DNA of 24,800 nucleotides from a virus (Duplodnaviria; Heunggongvirae; Uroviricota; Caudoviricetes): IMG/VR virus record IMGVR_UViG_2872192773_000009; one strand, 5' to 3'. Shown piece by piece: positions 17,134 to 24,800 of this stretch (position 1 is its first letter; each line of letters starts with the position of its first letter). The notes under the pieces were generated by a model. It saw only the letters and a program-made list of their open reading frames with translations, ran no database searches and was not told where the DNA came from. The position numbers and the translations under genes were made by a program.

Positions 17134-17495
17134 GCGCACCCCAGTTCTGTGATTTTTATCCCCAGCCGCCCACCAGGAACGAGCTGACCGCACACAATAT
17201 TGATTTCATCAAACTGCTCGTCGTCTATAAGTAGTCCAGCATACGTCAGCGCATCCAGCGGTGCCTTCAGGATATTGTCCAGGTCACGACGGCGCTTATC
17301 CGGTGGCTCTGCAATAATCTTTATCGCCAGCCTTCCGGACAGGTTTAATTTCAGTCGCTGCTGGCGAACAATTAGCGCCACATCACGGCGATAACGCTCA
17401 CCGGCTTTTGATACAAAATATGTGCTGCCACGACGTCGCCAGTAGGTGTTCACCGTTGGCGGGTAAGGCAAAACAAATTCTATGCGTTCGGTCAT
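17130..17495 (-). CDS. rusA: RusA-family Holliday junction resolvase
   Basis: 121 aa MTERIEFVLPYPPTVNTYWRRRG...DKRRRDLDNILKAPLDALTYAGLLIDDEQF...GGRLGIKITELG, a good match to prophage RusA as I recall it. Confidence 0.85.
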   Translation of the reverse strand: MTERIEFVLPYPPTVNTYWRRRGSTYFVSKAGERYRRDVALIVRQQRLKLNLSGRLAIKIIAEPPDKRRRDLDNILKAPLDALTYAGLLIDDEQFDEINIVCGQLVPGGRLGIKITELGCA

Positions 17496-18554
17496 TTATG
17501 CTTTCCACTTCAGAACACCCGAATTTCTCGCGTGCATTAAAAAACGAATCAGCAACAACAACTGACTACCGTGTTTTTCTTCAAAATCTTTTACCCCGGC
17601 GTGTAGTTCGTTATGGCATTTACGACACAGCGGAATAACAAACAAATCGTCAGCCTTTGTTCCCATCCCTCCCAGTCCATGACCAATGATGTGGTGCGGA
17701 TCATCTGCCTGATTGCCACACGTCATGCATTTCTGCGTTTTTACCCAGCGCGTGTATACAGGCATCTCTTCCCGTTGTGGTTTCTGGCGCTGGAGATACT
17801 GAGCCGGAGATTCCGGATCAACGGCAATGCTGACCACCGTCTCTTCCTGTGGTGGATTCTGTTGCTGGTGGGCGTGAGGCAGCGGCGCAAGATTTTTTGT
17901 GCGCTGCTTCAGTATGCTGGTGGCGGTCTGCTCTCCCGGCACGATGTCGCTTTCACGGTACATTGAGCGGATTTTTTCCGCACGCAACCCCAGCGAACGA
18001 CGTAATACCGCTTCCGGTAGCGCGTCCGCCACCTGATTGCGGACCGCCCACCAGGATAATTCAGCCAGAGATAATTCACGCTCCTGCGTACCGCTTATTG
18101 CGTGACCGATGACGTCAATCATCCATGCTGACAGGTTTTGATGAGCAAGTTGCTCGAGTGATTCGGATGTCTGGTCACGCAGCTGGTTGTCGCAGTGCCA
18201 GCACAATACCATTGCGCCGGTACCATAACGGTGAATGACGGTTTCGCTGTGATGATAATCGCCGTGTGGCCACTGGCAGGATTTAATATGGCGCAACAGC
18301 CAGTCAGACAATGCGCCAGCACCACCAGCAGCACGAATCACCCGTGCGTTACTGAAAAACGGCAGCAATGTTTTGTCTTCCACTAGCGGCTGGCGAACGG
18401 CAGGAACGACCCCGGACGGCAGATTACGCATGCTTTTCGGTTCCGGCTCCACCAGTACCCGGGTATTGTGGAATACCGGCATGGATTCACGACCGGGCTT
18501 AAGGACCACCAGCCCGAGTTCCGGAACCAGAACAGGTCGAAGTAATACCCGCAC
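17496..18554 (-). CDS. Prophage DUF968-family protein (YdfU-like)
   Basis: 352-aa ORF with a GTG start on the track; an internal ATG (MPVFHNTRV) is an alternative start. C-terminal Cys/His-rich region (CMTCGN...HHIIGHGLGG...CRKCHNELH). Size and position match Qin ydfU. Confidence 0.55.
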   Translation of the reverse strand: MRVLLRPVLVPELGLVVLKPGRESMPVFHNTRVLVEPEPKSMRNLPSGVVPAVRQPLVEDKTLLPFFSNARVIRAAGGAGALSDWLLRHIKSCQWPHGDYHHSETVIHRYGTGAMVLCWHCDNQLRDQTSESLEQLAHQNLSAWMIDVIGHAISGTQERELSLAELSWWAVRNQVADALPEAVLRRSLGLRAEKIRSMYRESDIVPGEQTATSILKQRTKNLAPLPHAHQQQNPPQEETVVSIAVDPESPAQYLQRQKPQREEMPVYTRWVKTQKCMTCGNQADDPHHIIGHGLGGMGTKADDLFVIPLCRKCHNELHAGVKDFEEKHGSQLLLLIRFLMHARNSGVLKWKA

Positions 18555-18555
18555 A

Positions 18556-18834
18556 TTACCTCCAGATCCGTTGCTGGAATGTGCAGGACGGACGCGGTGG
18601 CCGTTCGGAATAAGGGAGCCTGACGAAGATTATCCAGTGACGATAATCGAGACTGAGGGCTTTCTTAATCTCGTATCCGTGTCTGCGGTAGCGCTGAATC
18701 AGCCATTCAGCCTGTTCTTCGGTGCAGGGGTCGTGCTGATACCCGTCAGATTTGAATGCATGAGAACGCCGCCCGTGCCTGCTGGCAGGGGCGGCAGAGT
18801 TATCCGAATTGTAAAATTTGGTATCGTGCGCCAT
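18556..18834 (-). CDS. Small prophage protein, Rem-like by position (between hok and the ydfU-like gene)
   Basis: 92 aa from the internal ATG (MAHDTKFYNSD...). The longer track ORF would overlap the hok terminator. Assignment by synteny only. Confidence 0.35.
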   Translation of the reverse strand: MAHDTKFYNSDNSAAPASRHGRRSHAFKSDGYQHDPCTEEQAEWLIQRYRRHGYEIKKALSLDYRHWIIFVRLPYSERPPRPSCTFQQRIWR

Positions 18835-18906
18835 CTGTTTTCTCTGCTGGCGCAGCAGGTGCCAGTTGTTCAGGCTGACGGATGGATTGTAAACCAGAAC
18901 GACCAG

Positions 18907-18931
18907 AAAAAACAAAACCCGCCGAAGCGGG
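18907..18931 (-). terminator. Intrinsic terminator of the hok transcript
   Basis: Minus strand: cccgc-ttcg-gcggg followed by TTTTGTTTTTT, about 70 nt after the hok stop. Confidence 0.5.
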
Positions 18932-19001
18932 TTAAGTGCGGGTGCGTTGAGGATGCCTGACACATCAGCGGTGGCGAGGGATTTCTCCCCCGCCGGGTCT
19001 C

Positions 19002-19157
19002 TTACTCCTCAGGTTCGTAAGCTGTGAAGACAGCGACCTCCGTCTGGCCGGTTCGGATTCGTACCTCGCAGAGGTCTTTCCTCGTTACCAGTGCCGTCAC
19101 TATGACGGTTAAACAGATGACGATAAGGGCGATTAACATCGCCTTTTGCTGCTTCAT
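19002..19157 (-). CDS. hokD: Hok-family type I toxin (HokD/RelF-like), 51 aa
   Basis: MKQQKAMLIALIVICLTVIVTALVTRKDLCEVRIRTGQTEVAVFTAYEPEE, essentially HokD as I recall it. Upstream leader resembles the plasmid R1 hok/mok leader (GGTTAGCCTCTTAC...AAGGAGAAGCAGGCTATG). Confidence 0.85.
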   Translation of the reverse strand: MKQQKAMLIALIVICLTVIVTALVTRKDLCEVRIRTGQTEVAVFTAYEPEE

Positions 19158-19416
19158 AGCCTGCTTCTCCTTGCCTTTCGGCACGTAAGAGGCTAACCTA
19201 CATGTGTTCAGCATGGATTGAGCCTCAGATTAATGTTAAGCGTCTTGCAGGACGCGTAATGTTAACTGGGGCTTTTCTCTATCTGCCTTTTGGTGTTCAT
19301 GCCTGAGACAGATAGCCTCAAGCACCCGCAGTCATTCTACTTAACTAAGATTTCCCTGCAAACCGTTTTTGTCCGGCACAGTAAATATCCAACTAAACCA
19401 ATAGCGTTCGCTGTAT

Positions 19417-19596
19417 TTACCGCCAGTATTCAATGCACATGACCGCCATGAACACCCCTAAAAAAAGGGCATTTATATGTCCAAACATTAATATCAAAAC
19501 ATCAATTTTTTCCATATACCTTGCTGTGAAGATGATGGGCATACATGATGCGAACAACCAGAACGCAACAAACAAAAACTGCAATGCGTTTTTCAT
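19417..19596 (-). CDS. Predicted small two-transmembrane membrane protein (59 aa), uncharacterised
   Basis: From the internal ATG: MKNALQFLFVAFWLFASCMPIIFTARYMEKIDVLILMFGHINALFLGVFMAVMCIEYWR. GGGGGA ribosome-binding site 5 nt upstream; two hydrophobic helices; AT-rich. No family recognised. Confidence 0.35.
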   Translation of the reverse strand: MKNALQFLFVAFWLFASCMPIIFTARYMEKIDVLILMFGHINALFLGVFMAVMCIEYWR

Positions 19597-19808
19597 TATT
19601 CCCCCTACAATCAATGTGCAATAACATTTAAACACACCTCAATTTGGCCGGACATATAAATATCTAAACCAGAAAAAATCACTTACATAGCGTTACAAAC
19701 TCTTTAGTCTAAATACTCATCGTAAAACATTCCCCATACTTATCAGTCCGTTCCGCGCCAGGTAGCTTATTGCCTTATCTGGCAACCTATAATCAGGTTT
19801 CCGCTTTT

Positions 19809-20231
19809 TCAGTTGGCTGGTCGTTTAACCGACATAGTTAACCCATTAATCTGGTTGCCGGATGCTGGTGGATTTTCGCGTTTTAATTGTTCATAAAAGT
19901 GCACAGCTTTAACCAGTTCTTCTGATGTAACCGGGACTGGTGGGGCAGTGAATAAGGCCTGAATTTCATAGTTCGGCCTGTCGTTACAATCCTCTTTTTT
20001 CGGTACATATTTCCAGTCACCAACCCACAACTCCCCCTGAGAGTCCATAACACCTTTTTTCACGTAGCGATATCGCCACGCTATCGGCTCTGCTTCCAGC
20101 GATGCCCGTGCAATTTTGAATAACTCGCCCTCTACTCGCGCCATCCCTGAATTGGGGTGGCATTTCGTAATCGCTATTTTTAATTTGGCTTCTTCGATTA
20201 ATTGTTCTTTTGTTAATTCAGTCATTTTCAT
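19809..20231 (-). CDS. Hypothetical protein (140 aa), divergent from int; uncharacterised
   Basis: MKMTELTKEQLIEEAKLKIAITKCHPNSGMARVEGELFKIARASLEAEPIAWRYRYVKKG... AT-rich. No recognisable motif. Not excisionase-like in size or sequence. Confidence 0.45.
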   Translation of the reverse strand: MKMTELTKEQLIEEAKLKIAITKCHPNSGMARVEGELFKIARASLEAEPIAWRYRYVKKGVMDSQGELWVGDWKYVPKKEDCNDRPNYEIQALFTAPPVPVTSEELVKAVHFYEQLKRENPPASGNQINGLTMSVKRPAN

Positions 20232-20391
20232 TACCGCCCTGGTAATGCTGCCACCAGCGAAAATGGTTAATGGAAAACGGGCTTCCGTTCTATACCAATC
20301 GTAGTGGCAAACCGATTGTCAGCCGGGATCTATTTACCTGCAATAAAACTTTACCACCACGCGAGGTAGAGCCGAATTTTGGTGCGATCTG

Positions 20392-21432
20392 ATGGGAAGA
20401 CGAAGGAAAAATCCTGAACACGAAAAATTACCTCCAAATGTATACCCAAATAAATATAGTTATGTATGGAAACCAACATCCAGAGAATCTGTAACACTAA
20501 CCGCCATCAAGGATGGTTTAGCTGCTTTATGGAAAAAGTATGAGGAAACTGTAAATAATCGCGATCGTGCAATGACATTCGGTCGCTTGTGGGAAAAATT
20601 CCTCGCCAGCGCCTATTACAGTGACCTCAGTCCAAGAACACAAAAAGATTATCTGCAACATCAAAAAAAGTTGCTTGCCGTATTCGGTAAGGTGCCGGCA
20701 GATTCCATAAAACCAGAACACATCCGTCGATACATGGACAAGAGAGGGGAACAGAGTAAAACGCAAGCCAACCATGAAAAAAGCAGTATGTCCCGCGTTT
20801 ACAGTTGGGGGTATGAGCGAGGGTACGTGAAGGCTAACCCATGTGCAGGTGTAAGTAAATTCAAGGCCAAAAACCGCGAACGATATGTAACCGACAAAGA
20901 ATACCAGGCAGTATTAAGCGTTGCACCTCTTCCTGTTTTTATCGCAATGGAAATTGCCTATCTGTGTGCAGCGAGGGTTTCCGATGTGTTATCGCTGAAA
21001 TGGGAGCAGATTGGAAACGACGGGATCTTTATCCAGCAAGGGAAAACAGGAAAAAAACAGATAAAAGCATGGAGTCCACGATTACAGGCGGCGATCGAAA
21101 AAGCAAAACAGTTACCAACATCCGCCTATGTAATCAGCAATCAATACGGCAACCGATATATGTACAAAGGCTTTAACGAAATGTGGGTAGAAGCAAGAAA
21201 TCGCGCAGGCAAAATTTCAGGTATTTTAACCGACTTCACCTTTCATGATCTGAAGGCGAAAGGAATTTCAGACTATGAAGGAAGCAGTCGGGATAAGCAA
21301 CTTTTCTCTGGTCACAAAACCGAGGGGCAAGTGCTAATCTATGACAGGAAGGTTAAAGTTTCACCGACACTTGATGTCCCGTTACCTGAAAATATTCCAA
21401 GAAAATATTCCAAGTGTGATTTTTGTCACTGA
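20392..21432 (+). CDS. int: Lambda-family tyrosine integrase (prophage int), apparently intact
   Basis: 346 aa; N-terminus MGRRRKNPEHEKLPPNVY resembles lambda Int (MGRRRSHERRDLPPNLY). C-terminal catalytic region has the conserved His (FHDLKAK) and Tyr (LIYDRK). Lies next to the 3' end of serU. Confidence 0.85.
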   Translation: MGRRRKNPEHEKLPPNVYPNKYSYVWKPTSRESVTLTAIKDGLAALWKKYEETVNNRDRAMTFGRLWEKFLASAYYSDLSPRTQKDYLQHQKKLLAVFGKVPADSIKPEHIRRYMDKRGEQSKTQANHEKSSMSRVYSWGYERGYVKANPCAGVSKFKAKNRERYVTDKEYQAVLSVAPLPVFIAMEIAYLCAARVSDVLSLKWEQIGNDGIFIQQGKTGKKQIKAWSPRLQAAIEKAKQLPTSAYVISNQYGNRYMYKGFNEMWVEARNRAGKISGILTDFTFHDLKAKGISDYEGSSRDKQLFSGHKTEGQVLIYDRKVKVSPTLDVPLPENIPRKYSKCDFCH

Positions 21433-21459
21433 CTTAATGATGTATAAGTGATTGAATTT

Positions 21460-21549
21460 TGGCGGAGAGAGGGGGATTTGAACCCCCGGTGGAGTTGCCC
21501 CCACTCCGGTTTTCGAGACCGGTCCGTTCAGCCGCTCCGGCATCTCTCC
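21460..21549 (-). tRNA. serU: tRNA-Ser (anticodon CGA)
   Basis: 90 nt GGAGAGATGCCGGAGCGGCTGAACGGACCGGTCTCGAAAACCGG...GGTTCAAATCCCCCTCTCTCCGCCA with long variable arm; matches E. coli serU as I recall it. Confidence 0.9.
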
Positions 21550-21642
21550 GTTCAGATGGTTGTCATGATGCCAGGAAATTTGGCATTTTAACAGTCCCTG
21601 TCCGTGCAATTTTGTTCAAGTGACGAGTTTGCGAGCAAAACG

Positions 21643-22440
21643 ATGATTAAGTGGCCCTGGAAAGTACAAGAATCAGCACATCAAACTGCCCTTCCCTGGC
21701 AGGAAGCACTATCGATCCCCCTTTTAACGTGTCTGACAGAACAGGAACAAAGCAAATTGGTCGCTCTTGCCGAACGTTTTTTACAGCAAAAACGGCTTGT
21801 TCCTTTACAGGGCTTTGAGCTGAATTCATTAAGAAGCTGCCGGATAGCACTTCTATTTTGCCTGCCCGTTCTGGAGTTAGGACTGGAATGGCTGGATGGT
21901 TTTCATGAAGTCTTAATTTATCCTGCGCCATTTGTGGTCGATGATGAATGGGAAGACGATATCGGTCTGGTGCATAACCAACGTATTGTTCAGTCAGGTC
22001 AGAGCTGGCAGCAAGGGCCTATCGTTTTGAACTGGTTGGATATACAAGATTCTTTTGATGCTTCTGGTTTTAACCTGATTATTCATGAAGTCGCTCATAA
22101 GCTGGACACCCGTAACGGCGATCGCGCCAGCGGAGTTCCCTTTATTTCGTTGCGTGAGGTTGCTGGCTGGGAACACGATCTTCATGCTGCAATGAACAAC
22201 ATTCAGGAAGAAATCGAATTAGTTGGTGAGAATGCGGCGAGCATTGATGCTTATGTTGCCAGTGATCCTGCTGAATGTTTTGCCGTACTTTCTGAATATT
22301 TCTTTAGCGCCCCAGAACTTTTTGCTCCTCGTTTCCCTTCATTGTGGCAACGTTTCTGTCAATTTTATCAACAAGATCCTTTGCAGAGACTGCATCACGC
22401 TAATGATACAGACTCGTTTTCAGCGACGAATGTTCATTAA
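21643..22440 (+). CDS. mtfA: MtfA (Mlc titration factor A, formerly YeeI), core chromosome
   Basis: 265 aa from [23 protein letters not shown]...; zinc-peptidase motif HEVAHKLD; matches E. coli MtfA as I recall it. The track ORF starts 13 codons upstream. Confidence 0.85.
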   Translation: MIKWPWKVQESAHQTALPWQEALSIPLLTCLTEQEQSKLVALAERFLQQKRLVPLQGFELNSLRSCRIALLFCLPVLELGLEWLDGFHEVLIYPAPFVVDDEWEDDIGLVHNQRIVQSGQSWQQGPIVLNWLDIQDSFDASGFNLIIHEVAHKLDTRNGDRASGVPFISLREVAGWEHDLHAAMNNIQEEIELVGENAASIDAYVASDPAECFAVLSEYFFSAPELFAPRFPSLWQRFCQFYQQDPLQRLHHANDTDSFSATNVH

Positions 22441-22493
22441 TTAACAACTTTGAAGATTAATTAACCAATTGAAATGGCTTATGAAATTTAGTG

Positions 22494-22522
22494 TTGACAG
22501 ACAAGGTACCGCTAAGTAATAT
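22494..22522 (+). promoter_or_regulatory. Sigma-70 promoter of tRNA-Asn (-35 TTGACA, 17-bp spacer, -10 TAATAT)
   Basis: Consensus-like hexamers with optimal spacing, about 20 bp upstream of the mature tRNA 5' end. Confidence 0.5.
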
Positions 22523-22540
22523 GCGCCCCGTTCTCACGAT

Positions 22541-22616
22541 TCCTCTGTAGTTCAGTCGGTAGAACGGCGGACTGTTAATCCGTATGTCACTGGTTCGAGT
22601 CCAGTCAGAGGAGCCA
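22541..22616 (+). tRNA. asnT: tRNA-Asn (anticodon GUU)
   Basis: 76 nt TCCTCTGTAGTTCAGTCGGTAGAACGGCGGACTGTTAATCCGTATGTCACTGGTTCGAGTCCAGTCAGAGGAGCCA, the E. coli tRNA-Asn sequence. Confidence 0.9.
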
Positions 22617-22777
22617 ATTTTCTGTTTTCATGCATCCTTGCGAATCTTTATCTGATGTTGATTCAACAGGTTAGTGTGAAAACTCTTCTCGGTGCATTTT
22701 GATTTTACCCTACGCATCGGGAAAAATTGGTGGTCAAATCTGGGATCAGGTTAGTTCGATAATGGAGTGACCCCCAT

Positions 22778-24040
22778 ATATCCCTTACCGACGCAAAAAT
22801 CCGCACCCTCAAGCCTTCTGATAAACCCTTTAAAGTCTCCGATTCTCACGGTCTGTATCTGCTGGTCAAGCCGGGTGGCTCCCGCCACTGGTATCTCAAA
22901 TACCGTATTAGCGGTAAAGAATCCCGCATTGCGCTGGGTGCCTATCCAGCCATCTCCCTGTCTGATGCGCGACAGCAACGTGAAGGTATCCGTAAAATGC
23001 TGGCGCTGAATATCAACCCGGTACAGCAGCGGGCTGCTGAACGTGGCTCACGAACACCGGAGAAAGTTTTTAAAAACATGGCGCTGGCGTGACATAAAAG
23101 TAACAGGAAATGGTCGCAGAACACCGCCGACCGTCTGCTTGCCAGCCTGAACAATCACATCTTTCCGGTCATCGGGAACCTACCTGTATCAGAACTTAAA
23201 CCCCGTCATTTCATTGACCTGCTGAAAGGGATCGAGGAAAAAGGTCTGCTGGAGGTTGCGTCCCGCACACGGCAGCACCTGAGTAACATAATGCGCCATG
23301 CGGTCCATCAGGAGTTAATCGATACGAACCCTGCAGCAAACCTTGGCGGCGTGACCACACCTCCTGTCAGACGGCACTATCCTGCCCTGCCGCTGGAGCG
23401 GCTGCCTGAACTGCTTGAACGTATTGGGGCATATCATCAGGGCCGTGAACTGACCCGGCATGCCGTTCTGCTGATGCTGCATGTGTTCATTCGCTCCAGT
23501 GAACTGCGTTTCGCCCGCTGGTCAGAGATTGATTTCACAAACCGAGTCTGGACGATACCCGCGACGCGAGAACCCATTATTGGCGTGCGTTATTCCGGCC
23601 GCGGGGCAAAAATGCGAATGCCGCATATCGTCCCCCTCTCAGAACAGTCCATCGCCATTCTGAAACAGATTAAGGATATCACCGGTAATAATGAACTGAT
23701 CTTCCCCGGCGACCATAACCCGTATAAGCCAATGTGTGAAAACACGGTCAATAAGGCACTGCGGGTGATGGGTTACGACACGAAAAAGGATATCTGCGGT
23801 CACGGCTTCCGGGCAATGGCATGCAGTGCGCTGATGGAATCGGGTTTATGGGCAAAGGACGCAGTAGAACGCCAGATGAGTCATCAGGAGCGCAATACCG
23901 TGCGCATGGCTTATATTCATAAGGCAGAGCACCTGGAAGCCCGCAAAGCGATGATGCAGTGGTGGTCGGATTATCTGGAAGCATGCCGAGAATCTTATGC
24001 ACCGCCTTATACAATTGGTAAAAATAAGTTTATCCCATAG
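22778..24040 (+). pseudogene. P4-type tyrosine integrase, pseudogene (in-frame TGA at 23090; apparent ATG to ATA start change)
   Basis: Single frame encodes (I)SLTDAKIRTLKPSDKPFKVSDSHGLYLLVKPGGSRHWYLKYR...NMALA*HKSNRKWSQNTADRLL...HGFRAMACSAL...YIHKAEH..., typical of P4-like integrases next to asn tRNA genes (for example the Yersinia HPI integrase). The stop sits where homologues have Trp. Confidence 0.7.
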
Positions 24041-24138
24041 TATACTAACGAATCCCACACTCTGGCAAATTACCACCACCTCTACAGGAGGTGGTTCTAT
24101 ATAGACTTTTATCAACTTCATGACGAAAAACACCTATT

Positions 24139-24800
<662 letters not shown>

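Noticed and set aside
18373-18960. 195-aa plus-strand ORF
   Set aside because: Antisense to the rem-like and DUF968 genes and overlapping the hok terminator; Ser/Thr/Arg-rich low-complexity translation typical of a shadow ORF.
19433-19624. 63-aa plus-strand ORF (MHMTAMNTPKK...)
   Set aside because: Exactly antisense to the small membrane-protein ORF, which has the better ribosome-binding site and a coherent two-helix hydropathy pattern. Neither is proven.
22767-23009. 80-aa plus-strand ORF over the integrase pseudogene 5' region
   Set aside because: Out of frame with the clearly recognisable P4-type integrase reading frame.

Overview
This window reads as a Shigella-type (or closely related E. 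coli) chromosomal segment, called from sequence alone with no database search. Most of it (1 to about 21460) is one degraded, IS-riddled prophage integrated next to tRNA-Ser (serU). Reading right to left on the minus strand it holds: a lambda-type integrase (plus strand); an AT-rich accessory stretch with two uncharacterised ORFs; a hok-family type I toxin locus; a rem-like ORF, a DUF968 (YdfU-like) protein, RusA and a Q-like antiterminator; a late promoter and terminator; four tightly packed phage tRNA genes; an S21-like pinholin; an endolysin cut after codon 6 by a truncated IS66-family element; head-tail connector genes; a gene split by a complete IS600 with a 3-bp CAT duplication; a contractile-tail module (sheath, tube, frameshifting chaperone, tape measure); a low-GC exported-protein gene; IS1 abutting a truncated second IS600; and a tail-fibre-end cargo island with an intact ipaH E3-ligase effector gene (exact MxiE box upstream) and a low-GC SAM-methyltransferase gene. 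Right of serU are core mtfA and tRNA-Asn, then a decayed P4-type integrase pseudogene cut off by IS911 at the window edge. No CRISPR array, rRNA or stx genes were seen. The best candidates for something undescribed are the two-ORF AT-rich cassette beside int (19417-20231), the exported-protein gene after the tape measure (5359-5841) and the methyltransferase paired with ipaH (327-995); none can be assigned a function from sequence alone. Coordinates of features not on the ORF track are from manual reading and may be off by a few bases.
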